A stretch of 64,000 nt of DNA from Nageia nagi (lineage: Eukaryota; Plantae; Pinophyta), in assembly GCA_050084985.1 (NCBI GenBank), contig JBITNC010000001.1:80538001-80602000 (forward strand), written 5' to 3'. The notes below the pieces were generated by a model. It ran no database searches and was not told the DNA's origin. It worked only from the letters and a program-made list of their open reading frames with translations. The position numbers and the translations under genes are program-made. Shown here one piece after another: positions 30,701-44,100 of the stretch. The first letter of the stretch is position 1, and each line of letters starts with the position of its first letter.

Positions 30701-33700
30701 TGTAATTCTCCTTCTTTGCAACTTTATTTTCTTCCCTGCTAGGCTCATGCTCTTCTCCTTTCTCATTACTATCTCTCAAAACCAAATCTGAAACAAGAAT
30801 GGCTATTTCCTCTTTCTTTTCTGTATTATTACTTTCAACAACACCATCTAAAATTGCTGAGTTACTGTCATACAAATCAGAATTACTTTCATACCTTTTG
30901 TGGCTGATCCAAGTCTCACAATGATGCAAAGGATGTTGTAGAGAGTGTGCATTCTCTTTCCAAGAAATTCATGATGCCTCAATCTTGGTCGTAGGGGTAG
31001 ACCTAGCCTCCTCCTTTTCTTCGCAAGTCTCCCCAAACTCCTTTGCCAACTCATATGCCCCTTGACACAAGAGACCCAAATAAATCTCAAAACTTATTTG
31101 TTCCCTTAATTTGTTGGAAGTCCCTTGATAGATTTGGGGTAGAAGTTTTATCCTTAGTGGTGTTTCATGTGGCCATGGTGATGGGAGTGGAATTTGAGAT
31201 TCCTCCTTACTCCCCATAAGTCCTTTCTTCTTCCATCTTTCTCTTTCATAATACGCATTGAGATGCCATAGTAGTTTATTTGTTTCATTGTGAGAAACAC
31301 CTTTCTTGGCTAGCTTGATGGCCAGATTCTTCACTAAAAAATTTCCCAATTATGATTTCTTAATGCGGAATGTAGATCTGGCTGGAATATCTTTTTCCAT
31401 TGGTGCCAATTCTAATTGCTTCATGCGAAATGCAGATTTGGCTGAACTTTCAAAAAACCCTAGCACACAATCTGAAATCTTCATGTTCAATTTTTCTTAC
31501 TAGTCAGGATAATAGATCAAGACTTTTTATACCTGAAAACGGCCTTCAAATCTGAAAATATATTTTCCAAACCCTAGACTACTTAGTCTAGGAATTCAGA
31601 TTCTTCAGAAAAAAAGTCGTTTAGACCCCAAAACTAGCTTTTTAAGTGCAAAGCCTCCCTATCCACCGATTCAATTTGTCTCTAGCTAAATCTTAAACTA
31701 ACAAGTTGGCCAAAACTTGGTTTTGATACCACTATAAAAGTCTAAATGCAATTTCAGTACAATTTAATCAAAATCACACAAGCATGCTCCAACGTCTAAC
31801 CTAGGGCATCCAGATTAAGCCTCAACAATGCAATAATGCCAATGTCTAACCAAGACTAGTAGATATCAACATACACAAGCTCACAATGCCAACGTCTGGA
31901 TACAACATGCATTAAATAGGAAATATACCACAATGTTGCAATATGAAAGCATACACAAGACAAACACTGAGATCAAAATGCCCAACAGTTGTATAGAAGA
32001 TAAACAATGAGAGCCCCTAGGGTTGGGCATTGGCCTCCAAGGAGCCAACTAGGGCACAACGTGTGTCTCTCACTGTTGGACGAACGAATGATGTGTGGGA
32101 TAGTCATGCTCCTTCAAAATATGAAACCTCTCCACCAAAGGAGTTCTCCTCAAACCCTAGAAACCACTGAAAGTAGAAGCTCAACCTCGGAATACCATCG
32201 TATGTGCTAGGGTGCTACACCAAAGCCGTAAACTAAGAGGATCCCTCAACCTGCTAATCCTCCTAAATGTTGCACCTAAGGGTCTTGCATAGCGCTATGC
32301 TAAGACTTATGTCCTCTGGACGGTAAGAGTGATAATAATAATTTTGTATGTCCAACAATGATGCTCCAAGGACTAATATAGCAAAAGTCTGGATCTAGTA
32401 CATCACCTCGGAATCATCCATGTCTGGACTACCCAACGTTAGCCTCCTAGGGGCCCTCCAATGCCTCAAACATGTCATAAATGCCCAACATGGGATGTAG
32501 AGCCTCCCTAAACATGTCATAAACGTGGGCCTCCTGGGGTGATGGGATGCCTCCAAGTCCAACGTTAGGGTCCTAGAAGTCCCCCCCCATGTCATGCGTT
32601 GGGTTTTTAGGAGTCATACATGTGCCTAGATCCTATTTACATGCTCATACAAGGCCTTGGAATTCCCACAATCTATTCTCAAGATCTTCAAGTACATAAA
32701 ATAAAATTAAATCATGCTAGCCTACACTTGGGAGGAAGACATCGCACTTGGGGCTAATAGTGGGGTCCAACGGACCTTTATAATTTCTATCCCAAGTACT
32801 AACAACTAATGCATAATTAAATAAATAAATATTTACAAAGGTGAATCCGTAGGATTTCATAATTAATTATATTTTGTAAAAGGGGACGTCACAAAATCTA
32901 CGTTATGGTGCCAAACATTTCGGAGAAGAGGGTGATGTTTTTGTTCATGGAGGGTTTGATGGAGCCATGAGGGGCATGGTGAAGGTGTTCGCCTGTTGTC
33001 ACTAAATTTTTCCAGTAAATGTATAGTATCTCTATGTAGATGTTATTTGTCATAATGATGGAAACAAAAGAGACTAAGATAATTATGTTTGAGACTATGT
33101 TCATTTTTGGAGACTGTTACTGCTCTTATGATAAATTCTGAGGATGTGTCTAGATTGTTTTTTGTGGCACTTGAGGCAGTGTGTTTGGTGAATATCGGGT
33201 CTGCATTCTTGGTGTTGTCCTCTGATGCATCCCTAACCTTGCGGGCAACATTTCTGCTGTTGTACACTGCTGTTTGGACTTTATTTTGGGAGATGTTTAC
33301 TGCTGTCCTTTTAATGACATTTAGGGCAGCACTTTTGTTAATAATAACTGATTTTCTTCCTGTGTTTGCTGCTGCGTTTGGTGTTTTTTGGACTGAGTTT
33401 TCGATATTGCTCACTGCTGTTGTAATGTTGATATCTGGGACTCATCTCAACACAATTAGGGACCGCAGACCCATTGAGAACAGCAGCATGTTTCATATGG
33501 TTTGGAGCTGCATTTGTGTTGATTTGCATTGCAGACTTGATGGTAATATGGGCTGCAATGGTGATGTTTGGGTTTGCGTCTGGGATAACAAACATAAGGT
33601 TTGAGGCTGCCTTGGAGTTGAGGATGGTTGTGTTTTACACAAAGTTTGGGACTGATGTGCGCAAGAACCAGCTAGTGGATTCATGTATGATTATTTGCAA

Positions 33701-36700
33701 GACATGAAAGTTATGATGAAGAAAGGACATTGAGGTGGTGTTGGGTGTGATGTTCTTAGCTAAAACTTATATGATGTTTTACCTTTGGGCTCATGGGGCA
33801 ATAGCTGCTAGGATGGAAATGCATGCACATGAGTTAGTAGATTTTGTATTTGCTGATGATCCTGATATTGAAGACCTTGTTGCGGTGAATGGAGTGATGC
33901 ATCTGGTCTAGCGTTGCTTGAGGACACGCAATCTCAAGCAAGGTGGACTTGTAAGTTGTAATGTTTCCATTTTTATGTCCATTCCATAAAATATATTTTG
34001 AAGATGATATGGCCTATTTGGAGGAGTACGTCCCACATTCAAGAGAGATGTGTCATGATTTGGAAGAGACTTGGAATCTTGAGGGTGATTTTGGACACAT
34101 TGGAGCTTCTAATGAGGTTCATGGGGCCAAGGGGGAGTTTGGAGACTTATGGAGGACTATCCAGCTATGCACACATGGAGTGCTCCACTCATTTGCTTAA
34201 TTATGACATATTTGACCACCAAGGGTGGGACATCCCTCTTCTAGAGATATGTGATTGCAATTTAATTAATTTATAAGTGTTTTATTTGTATTTAGGAGTG
34301 ATTTTTATATTTTAAATAATAATGGGAATTTATGAATAATTGTGAGCCCAAAAGAGAATTAATCCTCTCTAAGTGGGGTGTCCCATATCTAGGAGTGATT
34401 TTGATATTTTTGAGGCATTAATTTACGTTCTCACTTGTAATCTTGTAGCATAGCTCTCTAGGTGTGATGTTTACTCTTCCTAAGTGGTATTGTGAGATCC
34501 TAGGCGAGGCGTCCAGTTGTGCATCACTCCAAGGTGAGATCTAGACAACCAAAATGTGACTTCTAGCTATATGACGATGTGGTGCGTCAATTGAAGGATA
34601 GCTTTTGCTATCTATCATCATCTTCGTTGAGACTTAGCCACCAAGCTAGTTTCTTCCCTTCCTATGGACGAGAACCCGCAATAAGGAGGTTTATTTAGGA
34701 CGAAAATCCTAAAGGAGATTTTGTGAACCAATGACGAAAACCCTTGTCTTCATAGGAGTGGATCTCTCACAAGCTTCACGAGGTGCTCTAGAGCAATTGT
34801 GTTCCAAAGATTAGACCCAACCTTCAGATCCAATCATTTAAGCCTTTTGGAAGGTTCACCTAGCTTGACAACGTTTGTCCAGCTTGTGGGAGTGGTGCAT
34901 CCAACCTGAAAGGTCAATTTTCAGCACTTCTCAATCTTGTAGTGGTTTGTTTAGTTCTAAGGAGCATTGTAAGCATTTTGAGGTGTATTAGATCCAATCG
35001 TTTGTGGCTTGGAGTGAGACGGTTATCCCTTGGACGAATTTTGAGCATGTTTCTTGGTTGCAAAATTCTCATTAATTGCAGATCTGATTCATTTTGGCTC
35101 AAACAAAATTTTTGTCGTTTGGAATTTGCAATTTTGAGTTAAATCATATTTTTACTAATATGGGATATTACATAATACTAAGTAAATCATGAAAACTTGG
35201 GAATCACTTTCGTTGGATTTCCTACAAGGGTTGCCCATTACTGAGCACGATAATAATGTCAATTTCTAGTATCAAATCAATTTTCAATCGTCATAAGTCA
35301 ATTTTGGTTTTGTGCGGAACAATTAGACAAGGACAATCAATTGCTTAGTAGCTTTTAGTCCAAACCTTGGTGCATGGACACAAAACTAACCAAGCCCATT
35401 TCCTTCCAATCACAAAAAAAAAAATGAGCAAAAAGAAAGAATAATATTAATGCCCACGAGTGACAATATAGGTTAAAGGCACTTAGAAGTACGACCAAAG
35501 AAATAGACATGAATTAGGAGAAAAAGCCTAGAGAATGAAAGCTAGCCAATAGATAACAAAAGCGCATGGAGGTAAGGGGAGAAAAGCCCCAAACCCTAAC
35601 CCTTAAAGTTATATAAGCAAGAGGGAAGGATCCCTTTGAGAGTAGTGAAGAGAGAAAAACAAAAGATGTTGAAAAAGAGAAACTAAGAGTTATCAAAAGC
35701 TTGGAATGAAGCCCAATATGAAGAACCAACATCTGAGATGTTGATCATTACAAAAGATCTTATGCAAGAACTAAGAATGGTTGTGAGAGAAAGCCCTAAA
35801 CTAAGAATGGTTGTGGGAGGAGACTAGAACCTATCATTCGACACACTGCTAATTTCCAAGGCCAAAGGTTGTCATTTGAATAATTTTGCATATTCTCAAA
35901 ATGTACAATTCAAAATATGCATGCACATGTAATAATAACCTACCTTACATCAAGAATTCTACATCAAAGTTGTGTATAACTCCATTGAACACAACCTAAT
36001 GTGTTCTAGATTCCACCCTTTTGCAAGAATTGATGTGATTTTTATAATCAAAAGGAATGAGAGAAGGCAAAAAACTTCATTGAATAAAATTGTAAAGATC
36101 CAAATACAACTAAAGTGCTATTAAACCCAAAAACACAAGTATACACCCAACGACTAAGCCAGAAGAGCAATTACAAGCATACAAACCCTCAATTTACCAA
36201 CGTTAGGGTTAGGGCATCCACATAAAGCATAATCAACATCAAGGTGCCAACATCTAGCCAATACTAGCAAATAACAATGAACCACAACTCACAATGCCAA
36301 CGTATGGCTTACACAAGCGTACATACACAATAATACTCCAACGATGCACAAGACAAGTATACACAACACAAAGTATGAGATCCAATGCCCCAACGGTTGT
36401 ATGTATGATATAGAATGACAACAATACAATACCAAGCCCAATAGGGCTGACATTGGCCTCCAAGGAGCCAACTACGGCATAGTCGAATGTCTCACACTAC
36501 TAGACTAATAATGGAACCATGGGACAGTATCGCTCCCTCAGAATTTAAATCCTCTCCACTGAAGGAGCCCTCCTCAAACCCTAACTGACCACTAAAGGTA
36601 GAAGCTATACATCGGAATACCATCGGATGGGCAAGGGTGTTGCATCAATGTCATAAAAGATAAGAATCCCTTGACCTGAAAGCCCTCCTTAATGTTGCAC

Positions 36701-39700
36701 CAAGGGGATTGCTTAGCATGACTAAGTCTTGTGTCCACATGACGGTATCAAAAGATGATTGTATAATCAAGTACATCCAGTAATGAGGCTCCAATGTCTC
36801 TTTATACACTTAACCTTATCTAAATCTCACCTAGGAGTCATCACTTGTCTCCTTAATCCCAACGTTAGCCTCTTGGGAGCCCAAAATGCCCAACGTGGGT
36901 GCCTAGGGGTCAGGCATGCCAACATGGGGCCTAGAGTGCATTAAGTGCCAACGTGGGGGTCTAGGAGCCCTGTGCATGCCCACGTGGGTCAAAGGGTCAT
37001 GCATGGGGCCTAAGTGTCATGTTGGGCCAATGTGGGGGTATGGGAGCCTCCCTAAGGCTAGCACATGCATATATGTGCCTATCCATCCATCTAAGTGTAG
37101 TAATAGACCTTGGGATTCCCACAATCAAGATTGGGATCTCCAAGTACAATAAGAACGCCTAATCTAAGCTTGGGTGGGAGATGTCCCACTTGGAGCTCAC
37201 AATGGGGTCCATTGACCCATTAAGTCTTTTATCCCAAGTTACAAATATGAAAGTACAATGCTATAATAAAATATATTACAAGAGGAACCTATTGGATTCC
37301 TTGATTAATTACGACCATGCAAGGGGGACATCACAAGAATCAATATGTTCAACAAAAAGTTTATGATAATCTACAAAACAAAAATGCCTTATGCAAGCAA
37401 AATCATGAAAAGTCAAGTATAACACCAATAAAAAGTTAGTGATGTTAAGAGGTGAAGTGAATATCTAGACCTCTTATGTTCTTTTGTTTTATTAATAGCA
37501 TGCAACTATTATTTTTAGCATGCTTTATTAATAGTGCGAAATTATAATTAAAAGAGGTTATTTTTAAGCAACTATTTTTAGATACACAACTATTATGGGA
37601 TCTTCCTATTTTTCAATAAAAGGGGAATGCCCCTTGGCATTATTATAGTACGAATTTTTGAGATTAATAAAAGATCTAAGTTGTCATTGCCATGTGTTTA
37701 TTCCTTGCACATTGCAACGTTTCCACGTAAAGATTTGTGTTATTTTTAGTTTATCTTTTTGTTGCTATTTTCTTACAGTTTGCTTGTTGTTTTCTAATAG
37801 TTGGTACTAAAGCTAGTTATTGGTTTAATGTTTTGGGTGAGTGGGAGTTGCAACAATGCCAAGTGGTGTAGCTAGGATCAAATTTAAGAATTTTGAAGGC
37901 AATAACTTTGCCCTATGGAAGATGAAGGTGGAGAATTTTTTGGTTTAGAATGACCAAGCCCTACTCTCAAAAGGAGTTGCGAATAAGCCGAGTAGCATGA
38001 GAGATGAAGAGTGGGAAAAGCTAGTTAAGAAGGCAATTTCTACAATTCGTCTTTGTCTAGCAAACTCTGTCTTGTTCAATATTACTAAAGAGAAGATTGC
38101 AGAAGCCCTTTGGGAGAAACTTGAGAAGTTGTAAGAGATTAAAAACAGCTACAAACAAAGTCTTCTTGAAGAAGCAACTCTACATTCTGAAAATGTAGGA
38201 GGGCCAGACCATGGTAGATCATCTAAATATGTTTAATACCCTAGTCAATAAATTGGTATAAAGCAATTGGTCTACTTTGTTCCCTTTCAGATACTTGGCA
38301 TCATTTGGTGATGACCATCAGCAATGCATCATCAGAAACTCTAAATATTGATGATCTGATAGCCACTCTGTTGGGCGAAGAGTTGGGATGGAAATTATCT
38401 TTGGAATCCTCTATCAATGAAGCTCTAGCTATGCAAGGGCGATCATAGTAAAGATCTAAGTCAAAAGGACAAAAGAAGAAAGGGAAGTGTTGGCACTATG
38501 GAAAGCCAAGACACTCCAAAAAAGATTGTTGGCATTTGAAGAGGGAACAGAATGGTGAAAAGCATAATTAGCATCAGTTGAGGCCAATATTGTAGAAGAA
38601 ACGGTAACCTATGAGACTTTATGTATCAGTAACAACGGATATGTTTTAAATACTTAGATTTCAAACTTGGGTGCATCTTTCCACATGTCTCCTCATAAAA
38701 ACTGGTTTGTTAAATATCAACCTTATAATGGTGAGATGGTCTACTTGGTTGATGATCATCCTTTTGTAATTGTAGGAAGAAGGGACATAAGGATCAAGTT
38801 GGCAGATGGTGAAGAAACAATTTTGTGTGATGTACAACATATGTGTGGTTTGCGAAAGAATTTGTTTTCCATCAGGATGATGAATAAGCTTGAGTATCTT
38901 ACCTCTTTTGGTAACAATCCTTGCAAAATTACCAAAGGAGCCTTAGTGGTAGCAAAAAGAGAATCTTATGGGACCTTGTATCGGTTATGTGGCGATACAA
39001 TGACAAACCATATAGCAACAACAACTTCTACTAATGTTCAAGATGCAATGATATTTTCAAAGATTTTGTAATTTAGGTTTCTATGAGCATTGTATTCTTG
39101 GTAAACAAAAGAGGGTTTGGTTTATTGCATGCAGTGGTAAAAGTTATCTTCTTCTCAACTAAGGAGACACAATAAAGGGGAATAGATTGTGGGTCCATAC
39201 TACTTTCAATGAAATTATTAACCATGATGTTTTTATTAATGTAAAATCCATGCAAAGGAAGGAGAAACAAACACCAAAGGTTGTGTTTGTTGAAGAAGAT
39301 ATGAAAAAGGATAAAAATAAATATAAAGCATGTTTGGTGGAAAAAAGTTATGTTCAAAAGCTAGGTATAGACTTTAATGAAATCTTTTCACCAATTGTAA
39401 AGCTAACGACTATTAGAGTTTTACTTGCAACATAGAACCTAAAGTTGGAGCAACTTGATGTGAAAACTACTTTCCTTCATGATGATCTCAAAGATGAGAT
39501 TTTCATGGACAAGTGTAAGGGTTATGAAGAAAAAGGCAAAGAGAATTTAGCTTGCAAACTCAATAAATCTTTGCATGTTGTGAAACAGGAGCCAAGGATG
39601 TGGTATAGAAAATTTGATACCTTCATGAAAAGCCAAAGTTTCAATAGTAGTGAAGCTAATCGTTGTGCATATTATAAGAGGTTTGATTATGGTAGTTTCA

Positions 39701-41125
39701 TTATTTTTCTATTGTAAGTTGATGATATACTAGTTGCAAGCCCTAGCATGAAGAAAATTAATGATCTCAAGGCTCAATTGGCTAGAACATTTGATATGAA
39801 GAATTTAGGAGCATCAAACTTAATTTTGTGGATGTGGATACACAAGGACAAAATAGGAAGGAAGATCTTGTTAAATCAAAATTCTTATGAAGAAAAGTTA
39901 TTGCAACACTTTCTCCACACATCAAATTGTCTTATGAAAAGAGTCCTAGTACAAAAGCAAAGAAGACAAGGATGTCTCATCTATCAAACTCATCAAAAGT
40001 AGGAAGTCTCATATTTGCCATGATAAGCACCAGATCGAGCATTGCTCAAGTAATGGGAGTTGTCAATTAGTTCATGGCGAATCTTGATATGGAGGATTGG
40101 ACTACAACAAAGTGGATATTCAAATATATAAGGAGCACTTCAAATGTTATTTAGTATGACGAGAAGTTTGATTGGTGCATAATTTTTTTAAAAACGTGAT
40201 GAAGGCAATATTGGGCAATTGGCACTAGGATGAGAAACATAATCACAGAATTCCTATATATAAACTCCAAGTGGGAGAATGTTAAGAGGTGAAGTCAATA
40301 TTGAAATATTTGATGTTCTTTTGTTTTACTAATAGCGTGCAACTATTATTTTTAGCATGATTAATTAATTGCAAGCAATTATTATTTATCACAACTATTA
40401 TTAAAAGTGACTAATTTTAAGAAACTATTTTTAGATACACAATTGTTGTGGAATCTTCCAATTTTTCTATAAAAGGGGAATGACCCTTGGCATTGTTATA
40501 GTGCAAATTTCTAAGATTAATAAAAGATATGAGCTACCATTGCCATGTGGTTATTCCGTGTACATTGCAATATTTCCACATAAAGATCTATGTTATTTTT
40601 GGTTTATCTTTGTGCTACTACTTTGTTACAGTTTGTTTGTTTTCCAACATGTAACACGGTGAGGTTGCATTTGCAAAATACAAACTTGTAGGTTACAGTA
40701 GGGTGAATAAACCTGTTTGTTACAAGCCTTTCACAACCAACAAAGAGGTTGAGAAGAATGTCTTTAGGCTTAATCTTCCAACCTACCTTTGTCTACATCG
40801 TATCTTCAATGTCTTTGTCCATTTTTCCACTCTTCATCGACACATCCAATGTGGTAAAAAAGCTGACCGTACAGTATAGAATCTTGATTATGAGGCATCC
40901 ATAGAACTAGAATTAATACCATTGCATAGGGTTGTCAAAGCAGGACACCTCATCAACAAAGGAAAGTATTCCTTAGGAATCAAGCTCACAAGACATTTTC
41001 ATAATATATTATACAATGCATAGAAGGTTGCAATAAAAATTCCAAATTACAAACTAAAAACTATTTGTATGACTTAAAATTCCTAAAAGTTTATTATTTC
41101 CTTTTGTTCTTCAATTATCATGAAA

Positions 41126-41185
<60 letters not shown>

Positions 41186-44100
41186 TATGTTGGGTTGTTA
41201 TATGCAAAACAACATTCAAAATATTAGAATGTATGCTAAGATTTTAATCTTATATGTTTTACATATGAATTCCTCTTTAGTTTGTGATATTCCTATTTTT
41301 TTAACTATGGTTAAAAAATCAATGTAATAAGACTCTATACAATTTAGTATAACTTGTAGTATTATAAATCATTGTAACATGTGACTTCTATATTATTTTT
41401 GCGATATTAGATTATTTTTGCTTGGAGGTTTGGAAGTCTCGAAGGCTTGAAGTTCTTGGAATATTTGACGCTTCTTATGAATGCTTTGATGCTTCTATGA
41501 TGCCAAATAATACCATTTTTGTGAGAACAAGATTTTATCCTTTATATGTTTATTTTTACATTATTTGCTCGATTCAACCTATATTTTTATTAATACCTTA
41601 TATTGTATAATTGAATTTTATAATAAAAAATACAATAATTACAAGATAGCAATACAAAACTAATTTCATAATTAAATCTAAAACCTAATTAGAAAGATTT
41701 TGATACTTAATTGTTTTTTGAAATAAGTTTTTAACATGAAATAAAAATTATTAACTGATGGGCAAGGATGGTCGTGAAATCTCTACCCTGTTCGCAAGGC
41801 ATTTACAGTAAACATACTTCGTTCAGCAATGGCATGTCGGACAGGGACTTGTGATGCAATATTGAGAAAGCACATGCTTTCAACAAAAGCAACAAACTAA
41901 ATACAAAGAACAAATATTTATTGGTATAAAATGCCCTAATTTCTTAATGTAGAAAAAGATATTAATGCGGCACCTTCGTAAACCATGGATCATGGAGAAC
42001 ATCGCTGCCCCGTTTGTGGACAACGGAGGGGCGGGTAACAACAGATTTGTGCGCCATCCTGCTTTGATTCAAAAATCCTATGCCTCCGCCATTGCCGGAA
42101 TTCAGTATTCGCTGGCAGCCGGATCGGAAGACGGGCCACATCGTCTCCTATTTTCGCTCTGATGTTCTATGAGAGTATAAATATATTATGTATTCAAGTG
42201 GATCGTGCTTTTTGGTTGATCGCTTACGCCTCGCCCTCCTCTAGGAATTCAGAAAGGGCAAACATAGGGTTGTGTCGTCTGCCTCGGTTTAGTTACTGTA
42301 ACCGTGGCTTCTTAATCTCCCCAGTGTGAATAGAAAATTAAGTTATTTTTTATTTATTGGATGCCAGGAATCTTTGTCAATGTGCTCGACTGACATGGGG
42401 TCCCACCCTTTCATCTATGAGAGATGGGAAGCATGCCCAGCAGGCATCCGCTTCCCTTCTTCCTTCTATTTTTGAACGCCACTTGTCGTTCTGAAATAAA
42501 GTCCTCCAAAGGATGGGAGGTAGGGCCGTACCTAAATCGATGGTGAATTTTATGACGTCACTAGCCTGGGTCCGAACAGGAGCACGGCAGGAAAAAGGTT
42601 CGGTCTGTGAAAGAACAATCACGCTCTTGTGGACTTATTACAACCGACAAAAGAAACCCAAAACCATGGGCCATGCTAAGAGGTTTGTCCTGTACAATGT
42701 AGCATTGACATTGATTTGAAAGAAACACAACCTGATCTACAAAGAAAGCTAATGTTTTTTTTTTTTTTTTTTATTATTATACAGAGGTTCGGTAAAGTAA
42801 GTTCATTTTCTATAAAGTTTTAATCTTGTTTAGAGTTTGTTAGTATAATTTCATTTGACCCAGAATCCGGATTGAAAGCTTCATTCCACCTGGTAGGTAT
42901 TTCGAGGGTTCCATAAAAATAGAGAATCAGATTTCATTCTACACCTATAACCTTAAATCTAAAACTTAACATATCTATCTTTACCCTAAAATCTAAAAAC
43001 TAACTTTTGAATCTTCTCCTAAGTAAATACCTTCTTTTTACCAATCCACACAATCTTGGGACTAACTTAAATATATTTTTTAAAATAGAGAATCCTGAAA
43101 ATTTCTAAGAAGAGACAGATCTAGCCTCCAAAGTTGCATATAAATCTTACTGATAAGTCCTAACACTGTCACATAACCCTACTGTACGAATTCAAAAGCC
43201 AAGGAGCTTCATTTTCATTCCCATCCAATGAAAAATAAGCATATATAACTCGAGTACGCACGACAAGACTTTAAGACCATATTCAAAACACTTTCTGATT
43301 AATGGCAGGAGTCGATAACAAATATAACACACAATCTTATTTTTAAAATAACGTTTGATTGATAGTAGGACGAATTTAGGACCAAATGTAGAGCCTGCTT
43401 TTAAAAAATGGACTCTGGCTGAAAAAAAATATTGACATAGATTATGAAATACTTAAACCCCGAGAAAAGAAGAGAGCGATATTGTACCTTGTTGAACCAC
43501 GGATCATGGAGAATGTCACTGCCTCGCTTGTGGACAATACAGGGGCTAGGCTTGCAGGTTCTGTGCGTTATCAATCTTCGCCACTCAATGCCAATACCAG
43601 AATGCCGTACACGACGGTAGCCAGATAGGAGGATTTGCCACATTATTTCTCTGTTCTCTTAAGCAAAGAGCAAGCGCGAGTTATATTGCTCGGCCCTTGC
43701 TAGCTCCGTGGAGAGCTTACAGTGCGTTCCTGCCTTCCCACCTTACAATTCCAGCGCATTATCCCTGCCTGTATAAAAAGGCATAATGAAAATAATATAA
43801 TAAGGTAACAAGAATACTGTTTTTCAATTACCTACAAAAAGGTTAGGGCCCGCCCGATCATTCCAGGACTTGTCAGTTTGTTTGCATCTCTGGCAGGAAG
43901 CCGCGTACGCAGAATTCAGCGTCTGGTCTTTCCACGTGGCGTTTTGAATGGCAAATCCGAGAGTGCAGGGTACGATGCCAGCGAGCTCCACTTGGGTTAC
44001 GACGCCACTTTTGGTTTTGGGAATTAGATTTGGTATCGCAATGAGGGAGGAGGATCGATTCGCTCATAACCGCATTTATTAAAAGCAACGGTATAGGTAG

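Noticed and set aside
41065-41247. 60-aa ORF with a YIYIYI run
   Set aside because: It is a translation of the (TA)n microsatellite.
41965-42162. Plus-strand ORFs at 41965-42162 and 44937-45119 that resemble each other
   Set aside because: They are the antisense shadows of exons V5 and V3.
43770-43780. Conserved TATAAAA (also near 47960) as the TATA box of V4/V1
   Set aside because: It reads TATAAAA on the plus strand, opposite to the gene, so it cannot be assigned as the gene's TATA box without TSS data.
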